The notes under the pieces: model-generated
Database searches by the model: none
What the model was told of the DNA's origin: nothing
The model's input: only the letters and a program-made list of their open reading frames with translations
Position numbers and translations under genes: made by a program
Part shown: piece by piece, positions 26,085 through 41,331 of the stretch
Layout: the number at the start of each line of letters is the position of its first letter
Numbering within the stretch: position 1 is the first letter of the stretch
From: the human T2T-CHM13v2.0 reference genome, Homo sapiens
NCBI RefSeq assembly: GCF_009914755.1
Contig: NC_060928.1
Length of the DNA: 64,000 bases
Reading direction: 5' to 3' (one strand)

Positions 26085-27144
26085 ACAAGCAATGGGGAAA
26101 GGATTCTTTATTTAATAAATAGCATTGGGAAAAGTGGCTAGCCAAATGCAGAAAACTGAAACTGGACTCCATTGCTTGTTTTTATCAGGTTTTTCAAAGA
26201 TCAGATGGTTGTAGATGTGTGGCGTGATTACTGAGGCCTCTGTTCTGTTCCATTGGTCTATATATCTCTTTTGGTACAAGTACCATGCTGTTTTGGTTAC
26301 TGTAGCCTTGTAGTATAGTTTGAAGTCAGGTAGCATGATGCCTTCAGCTTTGTTCTTTTTGCTTAGGATTGTCTTGGGTATACGGGTTCTTTTATGGTTA
26401 CACATGAAATTTAAAGTAGTTTTTTCTAATTCTGTGAAGAAAGTCCGTTTGTAGCTTGATGGGAATAGCATTGAATATCTAAATTACTTTGGGCAGTATG
26501 GCCATTTTCACAATATTGATTCTTCCTATCCGTGAGCATGGAATGTTTTTCATTTGTTTGTGTCCTTTCTTATTTCCTTGAGCAGTGGTTTGTAGTTCTC
26601 CTTAAAGAGGTCCTTCACATCCCTTGTAAGTTGGATTCCTAGGTATTTTATTCTCTTAGTAGAAATTGTGAATGGGAGTTCACTCATGATTTGGCTCTCT
26701 GTTTGTCTGTTACTGTTGTATAGGAATGCTTGTGATTTTTGCACATTGATTATTTATCCTGAGACTTTGCTGAAGTTGCTTATCAGCTTAAGGAGATTTG
26801 GTGCTGAGACAATGGGGTTTTCTAAATATACAATCATGTCATCTGCAAACAGAGGCAATTTGACTTCCTCTCTTCCTATTTGAGTACCCTTTATTTCTTT
26901 CCCTTGCCTGCTTGCCCTGGCCAGAACTTCCAATACTACGTTGAATAGGAGTGGTGAGAGAGGGCATCCTTGTCTTGTGCAGGTTTTCAAAGGGAATGCT
27001 TCCAGCTTTTGCCCATTCAGTATCATATTGGCTATGGGTTTGTCATAAATAGCTCTTATTATTTTGAGATATGTCCCATCAATACCTAGTTTATGGAGAG
27101 TTTTTAGCATAAAGGGCTGTTGTATTTTATCGTAGGCCTTTTCT
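26085..27144 (-). mobile_element. Internal L1PA ORF2 (RT region) fragment with a short terminal inversion; no 3'UTR or poly(A)
   Basis: Peptides [30 protein letters not shown] and [18 protein letters not shown] on the minus strand; 26085-26167 is in the opposite orientation. Confidence 0.93.
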
Positions 27145-27959
27145 TCCTCTCGCCTATTTTATTCCTTCCCACAAACTTGCTGCTTCTCCCCTGTTGTCAC
27201 CTTCACCTGGTGACCTTTCTGTCCTGTTGGAGTGAGGAAACAGAAGAAATCAGAAGAGAACTTATGCAAGCTTCTATCATCATACCTACATCTGTGCATT
27301 AGACCTACCAGCATGTATCTGTGCATGTACCCCATATGGCCCACAAAGTTTAAAATATTTACTATCTGGCTGTTCACAGAAAAGCTTTGTCAATCTCTCT
27401 GTTCTAGGTGCTTACACCCAAATCTTAACAATATCATTGAGATTTCTCTTATTCTGGCACTGTCATCAAGGATTTTAGGCCTCTCCTTTAAAATATATTA
27501 AAAATCCAATTATTTTCACTGCCCACCTGGCAAAAGCCCTGGTCAGAACCATTATCATCACTTGTCTAAATTATTGAAATAGCCTGTTAACAAAGTCCCC
27601 TGCAGCCACCCTGTAGTTTCTTCTTAACACAGCAAACCCCTCACTTTTTCAAAACACTCCACAGTTTAAATAAACCCTAAAGTCCTGACAGTACAGGTAA
27701 GGCTAAATGGGATCTGGTCCCAAGTTACCTCTGTGATCTTATCTCCCTCACTGTTCTCCAGCCACCCTGGCTGACTGGTCATTCCTCTAATGTATTGCAC
27801 ACACTCTTACCCCAGACCTTTTTGCCTTTGCCATTTCCTCTTCCTGGAGGGCTTCCTCTCCACATAGCCGCATGTCTTACTCCATTGCCTGCTTCAAGCC
27901 TTTGCATGTTTTCCTCTCACTGAGGCCTTCCATGACTGAGTTTCTTCCTTTCTCTCTCT

Positions 27960-28656
27960 TTATGGTATATATTTAAGGTGTAAAACATTATGGTTTGATA
28001 CACATAGTGAAATGATTACTAAAGTCAAACAAATTAACATACCCATCTCCTCACTTAGTTACCTGCATGCACACGTGTGTGTGTATGATAAGAGTACCTG
28101 AAATCTACTCTCTTAGGAAATGTCCAGTACATAATATTATTGCAACTTTGCACCTTTTGACTTATATTTCCCCATATCCCCCTCCTTGTCGCTCCTGGTA
28201 ACCACTGTTCTCTTTGTTTCTGTGTATCCAGCTTTTGGAGTTTTTTGTTCCCACCCGAATCAGCTTTTTATGATTCCATATATAAGTGAAATTGTGCAGT
28301 ATTTTTCTGTGTCTGGCTAATTTCACATAGTATAATGTCTTTCAGGTTCATCCATGTGGTCACAAATGGCAGGATCTCCTTATTTTTTTAAGACTGACTA
28401 TTTCATTGTGTGTATATACACCACATTTTCTTTATTGATTAATCCATTGATGGACACTGGTTGTTTCCAAATCTTAACTATTGTGAATAACGTTACAATG
28501 AACCTAGGAGTGGAGATGTCTCTACAAGATGATGATTTCCCCTTGTTTGGGTATATACCAGGAATAGGGATTGCTGGGTCATGTAATAGTTCTATTTTTA
28601 ATTTTTTGAGGATGCTCCGTACTGTTTTACATAATGGCTGCACCAATTTACACCCA
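27960..28656 (-). mobile_element. L1MA-type 3' end fragment
   Basis: ORF2 C-terminal-like peptide LKKLKIELLHDPAIPIPGIYP plus 3'UTR-like sequence. Confidence 0.85.
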
Positions 28657-30010
28657 TGACCATATTATTTAGAATTTCCAGTTGAACCTCCTTCTAGCAT
28701 TACCCTTTCTCTGCCTAATTGTCCTCCTTATCACCTGTTACCTTTTAGCATGCTATATTATTTTTTATTTATTTTGCTTACTATTTCCTTAGAACGTAAC
28801 TTCCCTGAGATCATGTTTTTCTGTTTCGTCCACAGATGAATTCCTATTACTAGAATGATGTCTACTGTATAATATATGCTCAGTGAATATTTGCTGAATA
28901 AATGAGCCCTGAGGCACTAGAGATCATGGAGTAGAGAGCTGGTCCAGAGATTGAAAGAAGGCCAGTCTGGCTAGATCCCAGAAATGGAGGGAAGGGGAAG
29001 AGTAGCTGGAGATGAGGCTGTAGAAATAGGCAGAGGCCAGAGCTTTACCGGTCATGGCAAAAATATTGCTCTTCCTTCTAAGGGATATGGGAAACCACTG
29101 AAGGATATTAAGCAAATTTGAGTTTTTGAAAATGACACTGGCTCATGCGTTGCATGATAGATGTAGAATAGCCTAGACAGAACTAATAGTGACTCCAGGG
29201 AGAACACTTAAGTTGCTGGCACCTCTTTTTTTGCCTTTCACTGAGATAATAACACTAGAAGGAAGAGCAAGTTTGCAAGGGAAGAGCATACTGAGTTTGG
29301 ATTATCTGACAGCCATGTAGAGCTACCATTTGACAGCCAGATATGTGTTTCGGAGCTTAGAGGAGAAATCTGGATTAGATAGTTAAATTTGGCATTACTA
29401 CCTTTGAGATAGCAAATGCACTCAGTGACAAGGCTGAGATCATCTTGGGTGAAGTTATTGAGGGAGAACAATAAGGGTCCCAGAACTGAGCCTTGGGAGC
29501 GCTTATCTGCCAGAAGGAGACATGGAAGGAAGGGGCTCAGGAAGAAGGCTGGGGAGGTAGGCACACAGAGCAAGGCAAGAGAGTATCGCCTAGCAAGTCC
29601 TGAAAGTGGAACATGCGATAAATAAAGTTTTGATCAGGTTGAAAGAGTCAAAGCCTCAGAGCATGCAGCTCTGGGAAGAAATCTAGCTGGACTCCAAAGC
29701 GGGGAGCACTTTAGAAGTCAAAGGGCAATTTTGGGAGCCCCCAGAGTGAAAGGGCCAAAAAAAGCAAAGAATACCAAAGAGCCTAAAGAGTAATTAATTA
29801 TTTTTTAAGACTAATTATTTCTGTTCAAAAGAAATAACTACCAAATAAAGTCCTTTTACCTTACACATCCCTTTATTCAGTGAATATTTAGTGCCCACAA
29901 CAAAGCTCTGTGTACAATCCTGTGGAGGGTGGGGAAGGGAGGGTGACTCAAATGACATATGCAAAGCTGACCCTGCTCTCAAAGAGCTCTTTGTTTCTCC
30001 TTGCATTTAG

Positions 30011-30177
30011 ATTCCTGATACCCATTGCATTCCAGCAGACCAACCGCCCTGTGCCAGTTGTGTATTCACTTAACACTGAATTTCAGCTCTGCAATAATGA
30101 GAAGGTGTTCCTAATGGATCCGAATACATCTGATATGTCATTAGCAGAAATGGATTACAAAGGAGCCTTTTCAAAAG
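30011..30177 (+). CDS. FRAS1: FRAS1 coding exon (~71) FLIPIAFQ...GAFSK
   Basis: tttag|A acceptor; AAG|gtgagt donor; 167 nt; phase 2 to 1. Confidence 0.97.
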
Positions 30178-32555
30178 GTGAGTTGCTTCCTCCACCTGCA
30201 GAAAGAGGCTCTGCCTGGATATGAGAAGCTTTTGCTAAGTCACCGGACTGGCATCTCTGCTCATAAGCTCTCAGTCACCACCCCAGTAAAGATCCCCCAG
30301 GGTTGGTTCCAGGACAGCCAGGACTGAATCTAGGTACAGGCCCATTTCATGCTGTTTCGAAATCAAATCACACACTTGGCACTATAATGATTGGCAGTGT
30401 GATGCCATGGGAAAGCACTGGTCTGAGTAGTAAGAATACTGGCATTTCCGACCAGATTCTAGCACATTGTCTAACTCTGGGTCAGTTATTTCCTCAAATC
30501 CCATTGCCTCCCAGTCTCAAAAGGATGCCAAACATGTGTGTTCTCCATCATGCTTTCTCTGCTGAAAATGGCTCACTTCACGGTCACTTCTCTGTCCATT
30601 TACCACAGGCTGGATTCTATCCTATCTTTCTCTTGTCAATGACACCAAATTGATGTATTCTGGCACTTTTTTCCTGTTGGGTTTCCTTTGCATCAGCCTC
30701 ACCCGACACCGTCTTGCCTCTCAGATGACTCCTTCTCACTCTCCTGTCCCTGGCCTCCATCCTCTGCCCCTTCCGTGTTAGTGTCCCCAGATTCCATGCT
30801 TGGCTCAGTCTGTTCCTACTCTGAGTGCTGCCTCTGGTCATCCCCATGGCTTGGGCCATCCCTTTACTCTGAACTTCTTACACTCCTGCTGTTCTGCGGC
30901 CATTCCATAGGATTTGACCTCATCCTGGATCTCTCCGAGCTTCATTTCTATGTTTCCACATGCAGATATGAAACTACTGAAGCTCTCCAAGCAGCATGTC
31001 TTTCAGACACCTAGAGATGCCCAAGTCTGGACTTGTCTCCTTCCAAGCATGCTCCTCCCACATCTGCTACCCTACTGACTGCATCACCATCCTCTATGTG
31101 CCCCAACCAAAAATCTCAGGGTTATCCTCAACTTCCCCTTCCTACATCCTACGTCCCATCTATCATTAAGATGAGTGGAGTCTGACTCCTAGACATTTCT
31201 TGAGTTCATCCTCTTGCCTCACAGCTATATTTTAGGTGCCTATCTCTCACTAGAGGATTAAAATAGCCCCTACCAGGTCTCTGTGACTTAAGTCTCTTTG
31301 TCCTTGACCCATTTGCCATGTTTCTAAGGCCCAAGTGTGTTACTACCTTTCCGCTTAAAACCCTCCAGTGTTTCTTATTACTTATATATTCAAGTCCAGC
31401 CTCCTCAGCACGGTTTGTCTATGTCCCCAGGAGCCTCTCCTGCCAGAGCTTCTACACACCCTCTACTCTTGTCACACTGACTTACTTAGCACCACATAGT
31501 AAATGTTTGGGATGAGCATTTGGAATTAGCCAGATTTGTGCTAATTCCAAAATCCTCCTCCCACTGCATCATTGCTGTGGAACCTTGGATAAGTTACTTA
31601 AAAATGGGAATAATAATTGAAGCTATCTTTTGGGCTCTTGGGAGGATTAAGTAAGTTAGTTGCATGTAAAGAGCTTGGTGCCATAGCCGACACATAGGAA
31701 ACGGCCTACACCAGGGCTTACATCCTTGAAGCATTCAGTATTTTGTACATGGATTTTTTTTTTTTTTTTTTTTGCCTAGAGTGTTCTCTCCTGCCTCTCA
31801 CTCCCACCCCAAATGCACTGTCTGACAAATGCCTACTTGTGTTTCAGGATACTGCTCAAATATCATGTCTCTTGAAACCTTCCATACCATTCCCTAGGCA
31901 GATTTCTGTACCTGGTTTCATGCTCTCTTAACATGACATACCTTCCTCTATTGTGGAATGTAACAGTATAGCATTTGGGTGATTAATAAAGTATTGTGGT
32001 GGTTTGGTTTGAGAGCATAGTACCTTGACTTGGAATCCCACCCTCACCGTTTGCTTGCTTTGTGACCTTCAGCAAATCACTTAGCCCCACTCAGTGCCTC
32101 AGGTTTCTCATCTGCAAAATTGTGAGCACTCCATGAGTTATTACATGAGAGGACTTGGTACAGTACCTGGAAAATAGTATGAGTTTGATAAATATGAGCC
32201 TATTTTAGTCAATCACTGTGAGTTTGTTTCCATCCTCTCAACTGCATCTCACACACCTTGGTATCCCCTGTGCATAACAGAATACTTTGCTTCCCTTAAA
32301 TGCTTAATTAATGCTTATTGAAAAAAAGAAGGCATAAATGTTCCCTAGCAAGAAAACTCAGAGAAAAAAAGAAAATAAGAATAAAAACGAAGCAATAAAT
32401 GAATGAGTATTTTAGGGGCACATGGAATCATGGAGCTCTTCATAGAAAAGTGCTTTTCACTCTTAAGGGAGCATGTTTAACCCCTTTCAACCCTTGACAT
32501 TTGTTTTTCTTTCATCTTAAAGTCTGACCTAATTAATACCTTTCAATCTTTTCAG

Positions 32556-32761
32556 GTCAAATCCTTTATGGCCGAGTACTTTGGAATCCAGAACAAAATC
32601 TTAATTCTGCTTACAAACTCCAGCTGGAGAAAGTCTATCTTTGTACGGGCAAGGATGGTTATGTGCCTTTCTTTGATCCCACGGGGACAATCTACAATGA
32701 AGGGCCCCAGTATGGATGCATTCAGCCAAACAAACACCTAAAACACAGATTCCTGCTGTTG
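32556..32761 (+). CDS. FRAS1: FRAS1 coding exon (~72) (G)QILYGRVLWNPEQ...HRFLLL
   Basis: Absent from the ORF track and read manually: ttcag|GT acceptor; TTG|gtatgc donor; 206 nt; phase 1 to 0; open frame. Confidence 0.95.
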
Positions 32762-32988
32762 GTATGCTAAGTTCTCACTATTAGTGTTAAAGAGCAGACA
32801 CTTGAGCAGATTTCCTCAGCTATGACTTCTGCCTAAAGTAGATAGAGCTCACTCTTGATATTTTCTTCTCTATATATGTTTGTGTTGTTGTTTCTTTCAG
32901 ATCAGCTAAATACTAGTACATAGGTGGTAGTTACGATGAGTAAAAAGACAAACTTCCATTGATGTCCTCAGAAAAGGAAACTCTCGGC

Positions 32989-33940
<952 letters not shown>

Positions 33941-34026
33941 GGCTAGAATATCCCACTTTTTGCATTTTGAGATCACAAAAGCCACCACATGTCCTTTTGA
34001 AAAGGACAGTGGGTTCCCAGAGTTAG

Positions 34027-34692
<666 letters not shown>

Positions 34693-34852
34693 GGCAGCCA
34701 CTGACTTATGGAGAGGGCTTCACAGCACATACTCTCTCAACTCAACCTAAAGCCAGGAGTGATGAGTACTTTTCTCCTCCCAGTCACTGCCACCTACCAA
34801 TATAGTGGAACCATCTTTCTAAATCTTGCATTTCTTTTTTCTGAAATCCTAG

Positions 34853-34999
34853 GACCGCAATCAGCCAGAGGTAACTGATAAGTACTTCCATGATGTGCCT
34901 TTTGAGGCTCACTTTGCCTCTGAGTTGCCTGATTTCCATGTGGTCAGTAACATGCCAGGTGTGGATGGATTTACTCTAAAAGTAGATGCACTCTATAAG
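34853..34999 (+). CDS. FRAS1: FRAS1 penultimate coding exon (~73) DRNQPEVTDK...VDALYK
   Basis: Read manually: cctag|GAC acceptor; AAG|gtgagt donor; 147 nt; phase 0/0. Confidence 0.95.
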
Positions 35000-36089
35000 G
35001 TGAGTTTGGTGAGAAGAACAGAAGCTTAAGACCAAGTCTACTTTAAAGCTTGAAAAAAAAAAAAAAAAGAAGGAGGACTGCAACATCTCTGGATTCTTCA
35101 ACATTCTGCCATTCTTGCTGGCAGATCTTTTCTTATTGTTAAGCTTATCACCCACCCAAAATTTTCACATGTATCCCCAGTAGACCAAAACAATTATACA
35201 ATTATTGACTTTGCATATAGTCACTTGTCATTGTGCACATCATGGCTGCATATGACACTCCAGTTTTTCCTAAGTTCTTTTATATTGCATCCCTTTTTGG
35301 TTCTATGCTAGCCCAGCTGATTTTCACGGACATATGAAAAACATTTAAAAAATCATAATACAATACAGCAATTTAGAATAGCAAGAATTACTATTTGATA
35401 AACACAAATACCTTAAGTCTTAGCAATGAACATGAACTTTCAAGATGAAATTTCACTTTTTTTGTCTCTAAATATTAATCTATGACCCTTCAGAACTATT
35501 ATCATGCTTCAGAAGTTATTTCGAAACCATGAAGCATTTTAATGGAGGAAGATGAGGGGGAGATAAAATACTTGATGATATAGCCTGATTGAGAAGGTGT
35601 TTAGAAAATGTTTGTCACGTATCTGTGTATTATGCACAGAGTATATGTTTAGTGAATATTTTGTTGAATGACTCCATTTTCGCTGAAGTTCACCAATAAA
35701 TAGTAAATTGGCATAACACATAATTGAAGGTCACTGTAAATAAATGTGGTTTTTAATGCTATTATTTCACTGCTATCAATAAAGACAGACAAATATAAGC
35801 ATTCACTTAGCTAAAGAGACCATGAAAGATAATTTCTTAGGCTATTCCATGTACACATAGGGAAACAAAAAAGAATCCGAATAGCTGACTCAAGATCATC
35901 TTAATTTGGAAATAAAATAGAACCCATATCTGGTTCAGTTCTCTATGTATTAGTAGACACCAACCATTGCTAATGCTTTTCTGGAAATCAGTTATCTATC
36001 AAGGCATATAGTGGCAATTATCCTTCCATTTCCTTTCTTCAGAGGTGGTCTGTGGGCAACAACAACATGTTCGGTTTGTCCCCCTGCAG

Positions 36090-36683
36090 GTGGAAGCAGG
36101 ACACCAGTGGTATCTCCAGGTCATCTACATCATTGGCCCTGACACCATCTCAGGGCCCCGGGTCCAGCGCTCTCTCACAGCTCCACTCAGACGCAACCGA
36201 AGGGACCTGGTAGAGCCCGATGGCCAGCTGATCCTTGATGATTCCCTCATCTATGACAATGAAGGAGACCAAGTCAAGAATGGCACCAATATGAAGTCCC
36301 TGAATCTGGAGATGCAAGAGTTGGCGGTAGCTGCGTCCCTGTCACAGACTGGGGCGTCCATTGGCAGTGCCCTGGCTGCAATCATGCTTCTACTTCTGGT
36401 GTTTTTGGTGGCTTGTTTTATCAACAGGAAATGCCAGAAACAGAGGAAGAAGAAGCCCGCAGAGGACATTTTGGAAGAATATCCTCTGAATACCAAGGTA
36501 GAAGTGCCCAAGAGGCACCCGGACCGGGTGGAGAAGAACGTGAATAGACACTACTGCACTGTGCGGAACGTCAACATCCTGAGTGAGCCTGAGGCGGCTT
36601 ACACGTTCAAAGGTGCTAAAGTCAAAAGACTGAATCTAGAAGTCAGAGTTCACAACAATTTACAAGATGGAACAGAAGTTTAA
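36090..36683 (+). CDS. FRAS1: FRAS1 last coding exon (~74): RRNRR basic site, TM helix, cytoplasmic tail ending DGTEV*
   Basis: tgcag|GTG acceptor; hydrophobic SIGSALAAIMLLLLVFLVACFI followed by RKCQKQRKKK; TAA at 36681-36683. Confidence 0.98.
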   Translation: MEAGHQWYLQVIYIIGPDTISGPRVQRSLTAPLRRNRRDLVEPDGQLILDDSLIYDNEGDQVKNGTNMKSLNLEMQELAVAASLSQTGASIGSALAAIMLLLLVFLVACFINRKCQKQRKKKPAEDILEEYPLNTKVEVPKRHPDRVEKNVNRHYCTVRNVNILSEPEAAYTFKGAKVKRLNLEVRVHNNLQDGTEV

Positions 36684-39600
36684 TGGAGGAGACCTATGTG
36701 TATTTTTTTCTAAAATCATTTTTATAAAATGGGGGGAAATACTGGTATTTTTATAATCTCGCAGATAAAAAAGGGAAAACTATAGCTTTGAGTGGCAGAC
36801 AGCACACATCACATGCATCAACTCACAACTGAGCTACCTCATTCAGCAAAGAACCACTGAGAACCCCAGAGTATTACAGTTATTTCCGTAGATCCCTTTA
36901 ATAGTGTCAACAACTGTACACAGCTCCTTCTGTAAGGCTGGTCTTAGAAAACAAGTACTTTAGTATCAGGACAGGAGTTGAACAATTAGGTTAGCAGATG
37001 GAGATGAGAGGACTGGGTAGAGTACCATGGCAGATCTCAGAGAGAAGAAGTAGGTACGGGCCTTTGGTTCCCTCCCCCAGCCCCAGCTTTCTCCTACAGG
37101 GCTTTTCCTGAGTCCCCAGACAGCAGAGTATGAACTGCTGACACCCAGATTCCATTAAAAATTCTGCTAATCGACACAACACATATATTTGCTCATGATT
37201 TTCACTTGACAGCGTATGCTCCTTGGCCTCTAATTGTACTTTGCTTTTCCAGAGCCCTTTTTACCTGGGGATTTCAGTGTGCTTAAGTAAAATCCTCTGA
37301 AAACCACGGGAGCCTCTGCCTCCTCAGCCACAGAGAACTCCCTCCTACAAAGGGGGAGACTGAAACCCGAGTTAAGGAGGGGCCTGGCAGGCGTATCAGA
37401 GCACATTAGTGATGCCCTTCACCCCAGGGAGGTGTCTGTTCCCAACTAGTTTATGTGGCACTGAGACATCCATCCCTGACCAAGGATGCTGCGAAACAGG
37501 ATCAATGTACTACGGCCTTTTAATTCAACATTGCCATAAATGCTTTAAAGAAAACCCACCACACTTTCCTCCTACTCCGGTCTTTGCCCGTTCCTGTAAC
37601 AGACAATCCCATGTCCTAGGTATGGTTTTTTATTCTGTTAGTGCTTCGGGAAAGTAAGTGATTCATTTGAATAAGGCAAATTAGGAGAAAGCCCAGGTTG
37701 GGGTGAAATCAGACTTAACAGATACATGCTGGTTCTCCTTGCTGTGTGTGACACAGCAGACAGAGGCACTATTCCTGGTGCAGTATTTCAGGGATTTCTC
37801 TTTGAGGGGTTCTTTTCTGGTAGCTCAGGCAATTATTTTTACCATATCAGCACATGACAAGGCCATGAACACATGGCTCTAAAATAATTTAGTGTTCAAG
37901 TATCAGCTTAACTATTTTGTGTAGGCTACACACAGCTTGCTTTTGTTTCTCTTCTGTTTCTGCCTTATTGGCGGAAACATAAGCGTGCATGCCATGTTGT
38001 TTTGAATTGGAGGCACAATTTCATTATTCGAGAGTAAAAGACATGTCCTCTTCTGATGCATGGCACACCATAGTCACCAAGCAAATAACAGAGCCTTCAC
38101 ATTGTGTAATATTTGTATGAGAATGACTCAAGCTCTTTGAGAACATTCCAAACTAGTAACATTTCGCTACTAAAAGCTAGAAAGGATGAACTGTGAAAGG
38201 TTCTAGGCAGCTCTGTGAGACTCCAAGCTCCTTGAAAGTAGGACCTTTGTGAGCCACGCCTTTCATTCTTCAACAGTGCCTTGCATGTAACAAGCACTCC
38301 AGAAATGTTTGTTGAATGAATGAATGGTGTCATGGGTGAATGATGGGGAGTAAATTTAGGAAGGGGAAGTGAGAGAGTATGGTGGCAATATCACAAGGGA
38401 GGAGAGAGGAAAACAATTATCTTCTCTACTTGGATTATGAGATAACCTTTTCTTGGAGGAAAGAAACACCGCTTTACAAAGGCATGACTCTGGCGGTAGT
38501 CCTAAGGAAGCATGAGCAGAAAATTCATAAAAATGTATCATCAGCAGGAGATGAGACTATGAATTGGCATCCAGAACAGGAGATTTAGAGCAAAATCTAA
38601 TTTAGCATTCTGAGATGAGTGTCAGGTTTTCAGGAGAGAATGAGTTGGGGTGAGCCCAGAGTCTGAAACTCCTGACTGGTCAGGTGCTACTTAAGACCAG
38701 CTTGGGCAATTCAGGGCAGAACTCCTGTATCAGCCTCATGGACACCCAGAATTGGTATCTCATGGCTGGAGAGCTGATCAGCCAGGCACAGAATCTCCAG
38801 AACAACCTAGAGAGTGAATGCTAATTTGTAGAGCGAATTTCCATTTGGCCCATTATTTGTAACTGTGTAACTGCTCCAAGTGCCAGAATGCTTACACGTT
38901 AAAGCAGCACCTTTCCATTTGCCCACATATTCTTCTTGCACACCCCTTCCATTACTGCTGAATAGGACATTGCATGGGAAGAGTACAGAGGTGGCAGAAT
39001 GAAGCTAGAGTGGGAAGGACTAAAGACTGAGCCCCAGAGTGCTCCCAGCAACCGCCACGTACAAGGTCTGAAATGACAAGGGCAAGAGTGAGATAGGAAA
39101 CTGTGTGTGAAAGGAAAGCCCTTGCAGTATTTCTGCCTCCCTTTCTTTCTGCCTTTCACCCCACTAAATGTACGTTATTGAATGCCAGTACTTCTCTAGT
39201 GGATGCACACTTGTTAAATAGTGTTAAGAGATGTGGAGATGAGATATACCCCTTTGATGTAGAATTATTCATTTGGTTTGTTTCATACTTCATTATAGGA
39301 ATCAAGTAATTTGATGACTAATGTGGATTATATTTCAGTCAAAGCTCTGCTTTCAATTTCTCTGATTTGCTCACTAATGCCTTATGTGTGTTTTACTAAC
39401 CTTTTATATCTTGCCTTCAAGTGAGAAGGAACAAACAACTCTCAGTGGTTACTACTTGCTTTTATATGCTGGCTGTGAAGGTTAAAAGAAAGAATGGTCT
39501 GTACCATTTTTTCTGCTTTGCTGCCCTTTTATTGTACCCCAGGCCTCCTAGAGGACTCCTGCAGATTCTATTGTTGGGTGGGAAATAGTGTTGGAATGTG

Positions 39601-39835
39601 TTTGCACAGTCTTATGATATTCAGTCTCAGTCTGCTATAGGTATTTGTTATTCTTGGATACTACACACCTGCTCAGACTGAGTAAACATTTGTGGTGCTG
39701 TCAACCTGATTTCTTGACTCTCAAATGATTTTTGTATTTCCAATATGAATTTGTGTGTTATGAATTTCTGATTTCTCCAATAGTATATGCCACTATATAA
39801 ATTTGTATTAATAAATGACAGTCTTGTTGGTTTTT
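36684..39835 (+). other. FRAS1: FRAS1 3'UTR (~3.1 kb; end approximate)
   Basis: Repeat-poor stretch from the stop codon to a strong poly(A) signal. Confidence 0.8.
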
Positions 39836-39845
39836 TGTTTGTTTT
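39810..39845 (+). terminator. Polyadenylation signal AATAAA with upstream TGTA and downstream GU/U-rich element
   Basis: TTTGTATTAATAAATGACAGTCTTGTTGGTTTTTTGTTTGTTTT. Confidence 0.85.
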
Positions 39846-41331
39846 CCTATGTTCTTTTTAGATTATATCTCTTATGAATATAGACATTGCCATTAAGATG
39901 CCAAAATTCATTCTAAATTTGAAGCGGTCTTCTGGAGAAAACCCTTCTAATGAGGGTGAATCTGAGACACTCATTAACTGTGTTCAGAGTAAGATGCTGA
40001 ATAAATTATATGTTTCCAGATTATCATAGGTCTTCTTTGGCAATCAGTTGAAATTCTGAGACAAAGAGGAATAATTAAAATTTCCATGTGCCATATAATA
40101 AGATGATTTTTGTATTTATTATCAAAACTTCTAAAGAGACATGATATAGTATGAGGGTGGCTTATGTCCTTCTGTGCACATGCAAATATTTGAGCATCCA
40201 TCACTGACCCTGGAAAAGACCAAAGCTCCAAACAAGAGTTTATAGGCTCATGAAGGGAAAAATCAGAGTCAAAATGGAGCTGTACCCAGCTGGTCTTTGC
40301 ATTCTGCAAGCCTGTGCATTTGTGTGCCTTTCCCTTCTGATAAAACAAATAACTGCCAATAACAGTGACCAGCAGGGCTCTGTTGGCACGTTTGCAAACT
40401 CAGCAAGACTTGAGAAAGCATGTTTATAGAAAATCTGGGGAAGGGATGCCACAACCAATTCTGGAAGTTGCTGAGATGCTGCCAGGAGCTTAATGTAAAC
40501 TTCCAATCCTCACAATTTCCTGTGATTATCCGTTGCCTTAGAGCAGACTCTCTGCCCTGGAGTTCACTTCTCTAGAGTGCAGAGAAGCTGTACCAGGAAT
40601 TAATCTAAGAATTGTTAGGATTGTCTATAAAAATGCTTCTGAGACTGGAAATGTCATGGCCATAAAATTTAGGGATCTTGAGGAATAGTGGCAGAAAATG
40701 AGTTCCCATTTAGAATTTAAAATGCCTCATAGACTGCTTTTGAAGAAATGCACTGGGAGTGGTGGAAGGAGACTATATTTGGAATATGTTATTACATTCA
40801 ACTACATGAAATTGATTTGATAGGTTAAAAATAGTCCAATATCAATAGTTTTGTATGTCTCAACCTAATATTATGATACCACAATATGTAATAGAGATTC
40901 TGTCCCCAAATGAGCCACAGAGAACTCTTAACTAGAACCCTGTGTGCTGAGAGTAGCTAATGCCCCGGGACTGTTACAGGGACTATATCAAATGATATAT
41001 TGGGCATATCTGGCAATGCTCCGATCAAGAACAATGACTCCCTTATATTCTGTACCTCATTCAGTCTTCATAACAACCCCGTGAGACATAGTTGTCCTGG
41101 ATAATTTCCTTTGAAAGTTTCATATGAATTTCAGAATTTCAAATCTTTGAAGGCCTTCACAAGCACAACTTGATGTTGCTTTAAAATGGTCCCAACTCCT
41201 ATCACCTAAATTTAATGCTTGTCATGAAAAATTACATCACTTGATTAATACAACAAAATAGACCTATGCTGCAACCCTCTCTAAAAAAGCTAGCAGAATT
41301 TTATCCCTAGGCTCATTTTGGTTTAAGGCCA

